Assembly (NCBI RefSeq): GCF_001194135.2
Contig: NC_068983.1
Span: 38,802,003-38,866,002, forward strand
Source: Octopus bimaculoides
Lineage: Eukaryota
Direction: 5' to 3'
DNA: 64,000 nt
The notes below the pieces were generated by a model. That model was not told the DNA's origin, searched no databases, and saw only the letters and a program-made list of their open reading frames with translations. The translations under genes and the position numbers were made by a program. Of the stretch, positions 50,738 through 63,178 are shown piece after piece. The first letter of the stretch is position 1; each line of letters opens with the position of its first letter.

Positions 50738-51101
50738 TTATTAGCTCCTCCTTAGCGAAGGCGGAGGTATTGTTTTCAGTAGTGTTTGTTTGTCTGTAGA
50801 CAAGATATCTCAAGAACTGCTGGGTAGATTTGGATGAAACTTTCAGGAATATTTGGCCTTGTGACTGGCATGAACCGATTAAATTCTGAAATTGATCTGG
50901 TGCTGGACAAGGATTCTGGATTATTTTTCCTGTATTTTTTACTTAATTTTTGAGAGTGGTTGGGTTCGTTTTTAGTATTCTTGTTTATGAGAGCAGTCGA
51001 GTTTATTTCAAATATTCTCATTTTAAAAATCATCTCCGGCTAATCGTTGAGAGGACACTGGTGTTGCCTTGGCGGAGGTTTGTGCTCTCTGAGTGTTCTT
51101 G
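50738..51101 (+). mobile_element. Helentron-associated non-autonomous element (HINE/DINE-1-like)
   Basis: 5' hairpin ctcctccttagcgaaggcggagg, gtttgtttgtctgt microsatellite, 3' subterminal ccttggcggagg plus hairpin gtgctctctgagtgt, T-rich flanks. Confidence 0.75.
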
Positions 51102-51104
51102 TTT

Positions 51105-51610
51105 TTTTATTCTTTTACTTGTTACAGCCATTTGACTGTGGCCATGCTGGAGCACTGCCTTTAGTCAAACAAATCGAACACCATGAGTTATTCTTTGTAA
51201 GCCTAGTACTTATTCTATCAGTCACTTTTGCCAAACCGCTAAGTTACAGGAGTGTAACCACACCAACATCGGTTGTCAATCGATGGGGGTGGGGTACAAA
51301 GGCAAACACACACACACACAAACACACATATACATGTATATATATATGATGGGCTTCTTTCATTTTGTCAGCTGAGTAACTGAGGCAATGTGAAATGAAG
51401 TGTTTTGCTCAAGAACACAATGTATCATCCAGTCTAGGATTTGAAACCACAATCTTATGATTACAAGTTCGACACCTTAACCACTATGCTACATGCCTCT
51501 ACTTACAAGGCTTTGATCAACCCAGGACTATAGTAGAAGAAGGTGCCATACAGTGGGACTGAACCCAAAATTAAAAGATTGGAAAGTGAATTACATAGCC
51601 ATGCCTGCAT
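51105..51610 (-). mobile_element. Family A 3' half, family C head fragment and family A head fragment
   Basis: cttttacttgttacagcc...; gtgttttgctcaagaacacaa; gggactgaaccc. Confidence 0.75.
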
Positions 51611-51720
51611 ATATACATAATTGAAAATAAAGTCAAACTAGTTTTGTGGATAAAATTCTGGAATGTCAACTGCTTATATGCCTTCAATGAAATCTGCTGC
51701 TGCTTTTTCAATATATTTCT

Positions 51721-52001
51721 AGGTGCCGCTTGACTGGCTGGCTCCCATACTGGTGGCACATAAAAAGCACCATTTGAGCATGGTTAATGCCAGTGCCGCC
51801 TGACTGGCTCCCGTGCCGGTGGCACGTAAAAAGCACCCACTACATTCTCAGAGTGGTTGGTGTTAGGAAGGGCATCCAGCTGTAGAAAACTTGCCAGAAC
51901 AGATTGGAGCCTGGCGCAGCCTCCTGGCTTGCCAGTCCTCAGTCAAACCGTCCAACCCATGCCAGCATGATGATGATGATGACGATGATCATGATGAAGC
52001 C

Positions 52002-52059
<58 letters not shown>

Positions 52060-52070
52060 ATGATGATGAA
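51721..52070 (+). mobile_element. SINE family D with long (GAT)n tail
   Basis: gcacgtaaaaagcacccactac...ggaagggcatccagctgtagaaa...ccaacccatgccagcatgatgatg. Confidence 0.88.
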
Positions 52071-54973
52071 CACTTTCTTTTATATTGTCTCAGTTCACTT
52101 AGCTGTTGGAGATTGGTACCAAATCACCAGGAGATATCATCTGCAATCTACTGGTGACCTCTCCACAGAGCGATTCAACTGTTCTTTACTTTTAGTCACA
52201 AAACTGGATCTAAGCATTGGTTCCCAAGGGCCTTATGGGAGCCTAGTAGATATTTAATAGAACTAAAGTGATGTGGGAATGCATTGAAAATAAATGGTGA
52301 GAATGGATTTCATGATTATGCAGTTTGAGGCAAGAGAATGTTGACTGGGAACAAGAGTGGATAAGATGAGCAAATTAACTGAAGAGAATTTACAATAGAT
52401 GGTGGCACATAAATCAAAGAGCTGTGTCTGATTTATGCTGACATTTAAAATAAATGTTCAGACATTGATGGTGATGATGATCGGCATGGAACTAATGGAA
52501 GGTGGTAGCAATGGTGGTGGTGGCAGCAGCATTGTTGTTGTTGTTGTTGGTGGTGGTTGTGGTTCATGCAAGGACGATGATTTCTAAGATAACGTTTATC
52601 TATAATCATTCACATCACTTAGTTTCTTAGTTTCTTCTATCAAACATGCTCTAGAAATGATTAAGAAATCATTCAGTCGTATGTATACACAGACATTCCA
52701 AAAATATATGCAAAGAAACATAAAGGTCCACCATCATTGACGATAATGGTTTTAAATGTCACACTGTCTGGTAATTGGTCTCTGTCTAGCTTTGTACTGG
52801 ATAATTTAGTAGAAAGTCTGTAGTTTCTTAAAATCTCTGACACTGCAGACTGTAAGACTGTTTACTATTGCTATTTTTTCTTCCTACTTTAACTGATTGT
52901 TTTATAAATCAAATGATTAAAACTAAACACACTAAAATAAATAAAATGCAGAAGCCATATTCAAGCTTAAATTCTGTGATAATCCTATTAAAATGAAATT
53001 GAATAATTTATAAACTATTCTATCACATTTCATCTAATTTTGTACCAGAAGGTTTTGTGGTTTCCAAACTATAAAATAATTTTAACTAACGAGTTTAAAA
53101 TGTAACAAGTATTTGTTCTGCTGGAAAGTTTCTTTTGTTTTAATTTTATATCTTAAAGTTTATTCTGTTTTAATTTATATTTTATTTTTATTTTTCTCGT
53201 CACATGTCAGTATTATTTCTGCTAGCAAGTTTCTCAGTTTTTACAAATATGTTGAGCATAACTTTTCTTCCATGGATAGGAAGTTAGTGTATTGCAGAGT
53301 TTTATCATCTCAGTAACTGAATCTAGAGTTATACTGGGAATTTATTAAAATTCTGGTGTTAAGTCCTATCCATGATTGGCTTGCTTTCCTCCTTCAAATG
53401 TTCATTGAATTATAATACAATTTTGACTTAGCTGAGACTGAGAGTGTTTGTCACTGAAGAGACCAATTCAGGTTGAAACACTGGTGACTGATAATCTGCC
53501 AGCAACATGATGAAAAAGTTCTGCATTTTTTAAAACAAATCTCTTTGAGAAGTGTCTTTCATACAAGACTTATGTCTGCTACCTTTCTACATTTGTATAT
53601 ACATTCTAAATGTTATATACATTATACAAGTAATACAATATATTGTAGTGAAATTTTGAAAAATAATTGCGAATGTTATGTTCAAAACTCTGATAAAAAT
53701 GTGCAGTTGACTTAGTACTAGGTCCAATGAATTCTTCACTCACAATTACTAGTTTATATCTAAAATAGAAACAATTATTATTATTGTAATCCAACCAGCC
53801 CCACCACAATCATCACTGCCATCATTATTGTGATATTGCCTTTAATATCATTATATCAATAACAGTGTTGATATTAATATCAGTGTCACTGATGAATAGC
53901 TACTCCATCACAACCACCAACAAAAACGATTGAAGTAATAAACAGGAACTTGAAAATTTGGTAACTCTGCTTGCTTCTCTGGCAGCTCTTTTTCCTCAGG
54001 CAAGAAGTCAGTTTCATAAAGGAAAGGAAATGGTAGTTTTTTTCAAAATAAGTGAAGTGGCTCCAACTTTAGTTATTGACGCCATGTTTGCTTACTTGAT
54101 TCACTGAGTAGGTATCATACTGTGCCACATATTTATTCTATGTTCTTAAAATCACTGTTGGAAGAGTCCAGTGTTCCACAAAAGATTTTAATAACATCCG
54201 TCAACTTATTCAAATAAGCAAGCAATAAATTAAATTAAGCTTTGAAAATGAGTTTCAACTCGACCTTCTTAATGCCTGTAAAACACAGATAACGACAGAA
54301 TAGAATGTGGATATAATTTAGTAATAGTTATTGTGATAAGATTTCTTGTGTTAGATGTGTCATATATAGCAATGAAATATGGTTATTGCAGTAGGAAGAC
54401 ACACAAAGATTAGAAGAATCAACTGGATGTTTCCTCAATTGAATATACGAAATTGTCTGTGAATGTATAAATGGAAGATGTTTAATTTTATGGTGCCTCA
54501 GTTGGTGCATGAGTAAGAATTGACTTTGGCGTTCCAAAATGTGATAAAAATGCATAGAATAGATGGAAGCATATTCTTTGCAAGCTGATTTCAGACGTGA
54601 GGAATAATAGTGGGGAAGGCATTGAACTCAAGTAAAGGATCAGACCTTTGAACTGAATAGACAGATTGACCTAAACCAGTTCAGACAAGTGGTAAAAGGA
54701 TAATATACTATACGGGCTTATGGAAGATAAATAAAAATGACTTTGCATGTATTGATGATGACAAAAGGTTCTGTTCTCTGTAATATATTAACATGATGCT
54801 CTAGCTTTTCTAAACTGTTGACTCATCATCTGTGTATTTATATTCTGAGAATTTCCATATAACTATTATTTGATCATACTGTCTAGATCAGAGTATGGCA
54901 ATATTTTGGATTGGTATAGGCTACTTCAGAGCGGTGGCATAAGCAAGTAACAAGTAAATACAACTTGCAATAT

Positions 54974-55006
<33 letters not shown>

Positions 55007-55169
55007 TTCGTCATCGTCATCATTTTAAAATCTATTTTTCCCAAGTTAGATGGTTTGACAGGAGCTGGTGAGCCAGAGGAGTGTATCAAGTTCCAATGTA
55101 TGCATCAGCATAATTTCTATCACTGGATTCCCTGCCTAACACCAAATATATATATAGTCTTGTGTGTGT

Positions 55170-55440
55170 GTGAGGGCACATGGCTTAGCGGTTAGAGTGT
55201 TGCACTCACGGTTGCTAGACTGTGATTTCAATTCCTAGGCTGAGACTTGCATTTTGTTTTGAGCAAAACACTTCCTCACATGTTATTCTGCGATCATTTC
55301 AACACTTGACATGTGGTACACCATGCACCTGTTCAGACAATGTTGATTTGATAGAGAGAGTGAGCTAATGTGTGGCATGAGCATTTGATCATTATAAACA
55401 AATCATTTGCGCAGGCCATTCAGCAAAAGCTGAACACTCA
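55170..55440 (+). mobile_element. SINE family C-related (different tail)
   Basis: tggcttagcggttagagtg A-box; ttgagcaaaacacttcctcacatg CORE-like domain. Confidence 0.7.
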
Positions 55441-55638
55441 TACAACATCTTCAATGGGAATATATATATAAGAGGGATGACCACTAAGTGGACATCTCTT
55501 TTGCTATATATGTAATATAATTTTTTTTGAATCTTCAGATTTTTCAATTTGCTAGGCCACTGGTTTTAAATTGATATTAATCAAATTGATATTCAATTTT
55601 TCACCCTTATTATTTAAATTTATATATATATATATATA

Positions 55639-55874
55639 CAGTAATCCTTTGACTGTCATGAGTGTTACGTTCCAAAACTTTCCATGATAGGTGAAAATCC
55701 GTGAAGTAGAAACAGTATTGTACTGCATAATTTTTTTATTACTTTTATAATTTGTATATATTTATTTTAATATAAATGCAAAACAGCACCACAGCGGAAT
55801 CGATGAAAGCTTAAATAATAAACCACGATGGGTGAACCACAATAAATGAACCGCAATATGGTGAGGGATTACTG
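55639..55874. mobile_element. Tigger/pogo-like MITE
   Basis: TA|cagtaatcc ... ggattactg|TA terminal inverted repeats with TA duplication. Confidence 0.8.
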
Positions 55875-55940
<66 letters not shown>

Positions 55941-55941
<1 letters not shown>

Positions 55942-56368
55942 CATCATCGTCATCATCATTTAACATCTGCTTTCCATGCTAGCACGGGGTAGATGGTTTA
56001 ACAGAGAACTGGCAAGCTAGTAGGCTGCACCAGGTTCCAATCTGATTTGGCAAGGTTTCTACATTTGGATGCCCTTGCTAACGCCAACCACTCCAAGAGT
56101 GTAGTGGGTGCTTTTTACATTCTACCAGCATGGGGGCCAGTCAGGCAACACTGGCATCAGCCACACTCAAATGATACTTTTTACATGCCACCGGCACAGG
56201 AACCAGTCAGACGGCACTGGCATCAACCATGCATGAATGGTGCTTTTTTTACATGCTAGTCAGGTGGCACTGGCATCAACCATGCTCAAATGATGCTTTT
56301 TATGTGCCACTAGCATGGGAGCCAGTTGGCCAGTACTAACATCGACCACACTTGAATGGTGCTTTTTC
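55941..56368 (-). mobile_element. SINE family D with about 5 internal units
   Basis: Family D tail and core plus repeated gtgctttttac...agtcagg..cactggcatc. Confidence 0.85.
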
Positions 56369-56470
56369 AACAGATAGTTGAAAAATAGAACAAGAATTAT
56401 CGGTAAGGTCTCACTGAAGAGATTAAATCAAGTCTTAAATAATTTGCTGTGTGATTTAAATTATGCAATA

Positions 56471-56508
<38 letters not shown>

Positions 56509-56511
56509 TTA

Positions 56512-56716
56512 AAATTTTTCCACAAGGGCAGCTTGGGGGGAGAGGGTTAAGTCGATTACATCGACCCCCAGTGCTCAACTGGCACTTATTTTATCAACCC
56601 CAAAATAATGGAAGGCAAAGTCGACCTTGGCAGAATTTGAACGCAGAATGTAAAGATGGATGAAATGCTCGCTAAGCATTTTGCTAGGCGTGCTAATGAT
56701 TCTGCCAGCTTGCCGA
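56512..56716 (-). mobile_element. SINE family B
   Basis: ggaaggcaaagtcgaccttggcagaatttgaacgcag...tctgccagct. Confidence 0.85.
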
Positions 56717-56739
56717 CTTCCTCCTCCTCCTCCTCCTCC

Positions 56740-56778
<39 letters not shown>

Positions 56779-57386
56779 GCCACCATCACTACTACTACTA
56801 CTACTAATAATAATAATAATAATGATAAATGAAAGCATTAAATGAAAGTTAATTTTTGTTATATTAAACTTGTTAGAAAATGCACTTAGTAATTATTTTA
56901 TGACTTTCAAGGTTCCTGCTCAGCTCTGTTTTCTCTGGGAATAAATGAATAAACGTTGTTGTGGTAAAGATGCTAATCCATCTCTGGTAACTCCACCCCA
57001 CCTAAAACATTAATATCTCAATAGTTTTGTAAGCTGACACTGTGGTAAAATAAATATATTGCTTTAAAACACAACACTTGTAACAGATTAAAACCTAGTC
57101 TAATATGTTTTTCATTTGGTCATTTTATCCTGGTTGAACTATTGAATATTCTGGTTTTGCATTTGTTTTGCAAGATTTTTGATGTGAAATCATGTCTTGA
57201 AATTAATGTTGTATATTGGGATGATTTTACTGCCAATAAAGCACATGCACTCTTTATATTTCACTTCAGTTTTTTTTTACTATTGAATTAAATAATTAAC
57301 CAATTGTTCAATTCATTAATTATCTAATTAAATGGTGATAAAAACTGAAATGAAGCATGAACAATGTGTGTGCTTTTATTGGCAGT

Positions 57387-57771
57387 TGTTGTTGGCACTC
57401 CGTTGCTTACGACGTCGAGGGTTCCAGTTGATCCGATCAACGGAACAGCCTGCTTGTGAAATTAATGTGCAAGTGGCTGAGCACTCCACAGACATTTGTA
57501 CCCTTAACGTAGTTCTCGGGGATATTCAGCGTGACACAGTGTGACAAAGCTGATTCTTTGAATTACAAGCACAGCAGAAACAGGAAGTAAGAGTGAGAGA
57601 AAGTTGTGGTGGAAGAGTACAGCAGGGTTCGCCACCATTCCCTGCCAGAGCCTCGTGGGACTTTTGGTATTTTCACTCAATAAACACTCACAACACCCGG
57701 TCTGGGAATCGAAACCGCGATCCTATGACCACGAGTCCACTGCCCTAACCACTGGGCCATTGCACCTCCAC
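57387..57771 (-). mobile_element. SINE family C young subfamily with 10-bp target-site duplication
   Basis: tattggcagt at 57377-57386 and 57772-57781; A- and B-boxes intact. Confidence 0.93.
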
Positions 57772-58147
57772 TATTGGCAGTATGACCCCACCAAAATACC
57801 ACAATATGAACAATTGAATAGTTATCTTGAACGATAATTAAACCATAACCTAGAACTGTCATTAATTTTATAAAATACTTTGCTGTTTCCTCAGTTATCC
57901 TTCAGTGAGTAACATAAGTGTACACAGAGGTAACCAGTATTACCATTCCTGATGAAAATTGTTGGTAATTTAAAATTTAAGCATTAGAACAAAGCAATTT
58001 TTTTATATTTTAATTGCATTAATTTTGTTAACATGTTTACATTTGCCATTAATTTACCTGCAAGGGTCTCATAGCTATCAGCTTGTCATTTGTTCCACAA
58101 AATAAAAACCTTAATATTACCAAATTGTAAACATTCATCGACAGATA

Positions 58148-59062
58148 ATGAAAGAAACAACTAAAAGACAAATTAATTTGGTAGTTTCATCTTGTAAAAG
58201 ACTGAAGGCCTTCTTTGTGTATTTACAAATTAGGAAATGTAGCTTGTTTTCTTTCTCCTTTTCTTTTTGTTCCCTATTTTTATTTTTTTAATCTTGGCAC
58301 TTGTTTATTAGCCAATCAAGTTGTATTGACAATTTCTGTGAGTCATTGTATGTCACAACATTATTGATTAGTGTGTCTGTGTGCTATTCCATCACCACAA
58401 CTCACCACCAAATTACTGTTGTTAATTCAACTTAACATTTTCTTCTTGACAACTGTATCTTTATCATAGATCCCATTAGCATTTGCTTCAATTTGAACTT
58501 CTTGTTTTCTTTCTTTTTTTTTCTTTTATTCTTTTATTTGTTTCAGTCATTTGACTGTGGCCATGCTGGAGTACCGTCTTATTAGCCAAACAAATCGACC
58601 TCAGAACTTATTCTTTGTAAACCTAGTACTTATTCTATTGGTCTCTTTTGCAGAACCGCTAAGTTACAGGGACGTAAACACACCATCGGTTGTCAATCGA
58701 TGGGTGGGGAGGGGTGGACAAACACACACACACACACACAAACACACACATACACACACACACATACACATATATATATATGACAGGCTTCTTTCAGTTT
58801 CCGTCTACCAAATCCACACATAAAGCTATGGTCGGCCCAAGGCTTTAGTAGAAGACACTTACCCAAGGTGCCACGCAGTGGGACTGAACTCGGAACCATG
58901 TGTTTGGTAAGCAAGCTACTTACCACACAGCCACTCCTGCACCTAGTGATGAAAGAAACATAACTAAGAGACAAATTAATTTGGTAGTTTCATCTTGTAA
59001 ACGATTGAAGGCCTTCTTTTTGTATTTACAAAGTAGGAAATGTAGTTTCTGTTTTCCTTCTT
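58148..59062 (+). repeat. Dispersed ~112-bp direct repeat (58148-58258 and 58949-59062)
   Basis: atgaaagaaac..aactaa.agacaaattaatttggtagtttcatcttgtaaa.ga.tgaaggccttcttt.tgtatttacaaa.taggaaatgtag in both. Confidence 0.85.
58530..58942 (-). mobile_element. Full SINE family A
   Basis: Tail cttttatttgtttcagtc to head cttaccacacagccactcctgcacc. Confidence 0.9.
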
Positions 59063-59285
59063 GTTCATATCTTATTAAGGATGGCAAATACCTTAACAAA
59101 TAAGATAAACTTTCAGTGATCTAAGTCTACAATGTAGTTTCAATTCCCAGTTGAAACCATTTCTTTTGATATATATATATATATATATATATACATGCGT
59201 GTGTGCACACACATACACACACACACATTAGTATGATAAGGCTTTAACAAGTAAACTAGTACTCGCTAAAGGGTAAAAGATAATG

Positions 59286-59324
59286 TTATAATGAAAACCA
59301 CAAGGCTTGTGGTTTTCATTATAA
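59286..59324. repeat. Perfect 19-bp-arm hairpin, 1-nt loop
   Basis: ttataatgaaaaccacaag-g-cttgtggttttcattataa. Confidence 0.9.
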
Positions 59325-59490
59325 TATAATATATATAGTAACGTTTTTTTTGCCACTATAACATGGCTTTTCTATACAGAACTGTTACTACATTTTAACT
59401 CCAGGAAAACGTCTTTTCCAGCTGATTAACGACACACAACTTGTATCTGATATATTGTGAGTAAGGGAGCGAATCACTCCCCTACAGCTT

Positions 59491-59551
59491 GACAGGACCA
59501 GTAGGCCACAGTTTCTGGGTTGTTACCCATCATCGGTACTGGATACCTGTC
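59491..59551 (-). ncRNA. Type I minimal hammerhead motif with U4C and U16.1C changes, in a Penelope-like LTR (~59330-59680)
   Basis: gacagg-uau-ccagua CCGAUGA ugggu-aaca-accca GAAA C ugug G CC uacugg-u-ccuguc: 6+6-bp stem I, 5-bp stem II. Confidence 0.75.
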
Positions 59552-60496
59552 TGCTAGAGATGGCAGTCAATCGTCCTTACTCAGAATATATAAAGAGAGA
59601 AGCAGCAGACAGCCGCTGATCTTGTAATAATGAAAGCAATAACTACAAATAACAACTGACACAACCGTGACAACTTGTCCAACCTATGCCAGCCTGGAAA
59701 GCAGACATAAAATGATGATGATGGTAATGATGATGGTGGTTATTTGATGATATATAATGAGCAAATAAACTATAGATAATAGATATATGAATTTCCCAAT
59801 ACTAAAATTGATTAATCTTTTGGAAGTGTAGTTCACTTCACAAATGAAAATACACATAATTTTGTTTAGACTCCCAAGAGAATCACCTCTGTTCCTGTAA
59901 ACTGTCAAATCTTTCAGTGTTGGGATGTTTGTGTGTCTATTCTCTCAAGATTATTTACTCTGTCAAGATAATTAACTCGGTCAGTTTCTCCATGGTATTC
60001 ATGCTTTGAATCCAGTTGTTAAATTTTATCCCCAAATTGTAATTCAATAATCACAACAATAAGTTAAAAGTTTAAATTCTTTCATTTTTGGCAGCACAAT
60101 GCTTGATTTCTTTTGTAATTGAATTTTCACTTAGACTGATCTCCTATCACATTCTGCTGTAAATCAATTTTGTTATCTTGTTTTGTTTGAAATTTTAAAA
60201 TATTGCAACATGCTTCTGCTACCCAATGTAGAAATGTGTCTGATGTTGCTTGTATATCTTTCTCTTTCTCCATATATGTATGTATATGTGTGTGTGTGTG
60301 TGTGTGTGTATGTATATATATGTGTGTGTGTGTGTATATATACATTTATGTATATGTGCATATGGATGGATGGGTGAATGGATATGTATTGCAGTATTTG
60401 TGATTCACATTCTAAGCTTTCCTCTAAAAAAAACATCAAACTAATCTAGCTATAAGATTTCTCTCCTTGCAAAAATGAAGTGCTTTGTTAGCAGCC

Positions 60497-60539
<43 letters not shown>

Positions 60540-60544
60540 AAGGC

Positions 60545-61003
60545 CTTTGGAGATAAGCTGTGTTTGAGAAAACCCACCAAGCCAAGTGAGATCATAGTTG
60601 TGGCCAATGCCAGTGTTGCATAACTGGCCTGTTTAAAAGCACCCTTCAGTCATTAGGTGATATGGCATGCTTGTGAAGACCTATTGAACTGAGTGAAATT
60701 CTAGTCATATGCCGATGCCAGTGCCATCTGACTGGCACCCATAGCGGTAACACGTAAAAAGCACCATTCAAGCGTGGTTGATGCCAGTGCCGTCTAACTG
60801 GCTCCCATGCTAGTGGCACATAAAAAGCACCCACTACACTTTCTGAGTGGTTGGCATTAGGAATGGCATCCAGCTGTAGAAACCTTGCCAAATCAGATTA
60901 GAGCCTGGTGCAGCCTCTCGGTTTGCCAGTTGTCAATCAAATTGTCCAACCCATGGCAGGATGGAAAGCGGACGTTAAATGATGATGACAATGATGATGA
61001 TGG
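60545..61003 (+). mobile_element. SINE family D, long copy
   Basis: Internal units gccagtgcc..ctgactggc..aaaaagcacc; core and tail gcggacgttaaatgatgatg. Confidence 0.87.
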
Positions 61004-61374
61004 TGAAGGCACACAGTGTACCATGATTTTGCTGGGCAGCATTTCTCAAGCTTTTTATTGGAATAACCCTTCTCCCTCGGACTTGCTTTAGTAAGAGCTC
61101 AGGAAGTGCTTTACTTGCAGTGGTCTTACAATGTGCTGGACACCAGATTAAATTTTCCAAGTTTGTATGCTGTAGGTAGATGGTAATTGGCTCTTCAGTG
61201 GGTCCGTCTATCCCTTTGACAGGTATTGTTTTAGTCTTACTGAATTTCTGGTGTCACTCTTCACCAGATTGAAGCTGGGGATGTATGCAGATAACCTGAC
61301 TATGCAACATTGTACTGGCTTACATGTTTCTAGCAGTGTTCTCAAGCAACCTGACATCATCGTCATCATCTTCT

Positions 61375-61530
61375 TCATCATCATCATTTAGTGTCCCCTT
61401 TTCTATACTAACATGGGTCAGACAGAATTTGTTGGGGCAGATTTTCTACAGCTAGATGCCAACCCTCACCTCTTTCCAAGCAAGGTAATATTTCTCCTTG
61501 GCAAAGAAGACTGGAAATGAACAATCTTGC
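61375..61530 (-). mobile_element. Family D-related variant element (ccaaccctcacctctttccaagcaaggtaatatttc); second copy at 63520-63760
   Basis: Shared motif at 61440-61520 and 63600-63700, each with a (CAT)n end. Confidence 0.7.
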
Positions 61531-61535
61531 TTGTA

Positions 61536-61583
<48 letters not shown>

Positions 61584-62159
61584 CTTTAGTAGAAAGGATT
61601 ATTATTATTATTGTTGTTGTTGTTGTTGTTATGGTGATGATGATTTTACAATCATCACATGTCTAGACAAGAGCACATACAAACACACACACTTAAATGT
61701 GTGTGTGTGTGTGTGTATACATATATATTTGCACAAACTCATCCACACAATGGCCTGTCTTGTTTCCCAGCTGGAATTGCTTTATTTTAAGTCATTAATA
61801 TCCTTTGAAAAAAAAAAAAAAAAAAAGAGCAAAAAGAAAAAAGCCCCACAAACATTGCATGGTTCTATTTTCCCATCTATAGACTTTTTAAGCTTTATAC
61901 TGACATTAATAAAAAAAAATTTTTTTAACCCATTGTCTATCATAAATCAATGCAATAACACCGCAGAGAGGTATTAATAGATAAAGTCCTCAATTATGCT
62001 GTAGTTCCTCATCAAATGTCCTTCAGTTCAGTTCTGTTGTATCATAAAAGCTCAAAGCAAAGACATAAGTATCACAACTTCCAGTTATTCTCCTCCAAAA
62101 TGCAAAACTTCATTCTTGCAAATTTATTACTATATGACCCAAGTGAAAAATCTATTATA

Positions 62160-62362
62160 CGTTTTTGCTTGTTTCAGTCATTAGATTGCAGCCATGCTGG
62201 AGCACTGCCTTTGAAGAATTTTTAGTCAGATGAATCAGCCCCAGTAATTATTTTCATCAAGCCTGATACTTATTCTGTCGGTCTCTTTTGCCAAACTGCT
62301 AAGCTACAGGGACGTGTACATACCAACAATGGATATCAATCGGTAGCTGGGGGCAAACACTG

Positions 62363-62397
<35 letters not shown>

Positions 62398-62645
62398 CAC
62401 ACACACACACACACACTCATATGCACGCATGCACTGACACACACACACCCATACACACATACACACACACACACACGCGCAAACACACACACACACTTGA
62501 CGAACTCCTTTCAGTTTCCATCTATCAAATTGATTCACAGGGCTTTGGTCAGCCCAAGGAATACAGCAGAAGACATTTGCCCAAGGTGGAACTGAACCTG
62601 TATTCATCTGGTTGGGAAGCAAACTTCTTACCACACAGCCATGTC
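62160..62645 (-). mobile_element. Full SINE family A, degenerate
   Basis: cttgtttcagtcattagattgcagccatgctggagcac...cttaccacacagccatg. Confidence 0.85.
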
Positions 62646-63126
62646 AGCGCTTATGTATAGTCATTTCACTTGCTCAAAATAACAGCAAATTCTCTCTCAA
62701 TAAACCCATTAACATCTTTAAAACAAGGATCCCCAGATTTTAATGCAACACATCACTGTTAAGCTAGGCTGTTCAGAGTTGAAACTGCAATTAAATAACA
62801 GAAGATCAATCCCTTTTAGGTTTATTTATGTACATGGATTACTGAACATAACCCTTATTACATATAAGAGAAAGTAAGGAACAAAGATGTAAAAGAACCA
62901 AAGAACTGGCTTGTTAATCATCAGTTTGCATCCATTAATTATCAGTTTGTATCCTACTGCAAGTGATGCATTGCACCTGTGGGGAAATACACTTAATTTA
63001 ATTTGCCTAAGTTTCATGCCTTAATTAAGAAATCATTACTACCTTTTAGAAGAAGCCTGTGACAAAGAGCTAGCTGTTGTTTATATATTTGTGTTTATGT
63101 GTAAAAATATATATATATAATATATT

Positions 63127-63178
<52 letters not shown>

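Noticed and set aside
57700-57771. tRNA gene (A/B boxes)
   Set aside because: This is a SINE head continuing into a SINE body with a TSD; the same applies to the other heads.
57940-57990. Plus-strand ctgatga with a 5-bp stem II
   Set aside because: GAAA is absent (AAAA), and there is no stem I or III; expected by chance in AT-rich DNA.
61030-61330. RNase H-like LIWCPAHC on minus / short plus-strand exon
   Set aside because: Single short motif without the other catalytic residues.
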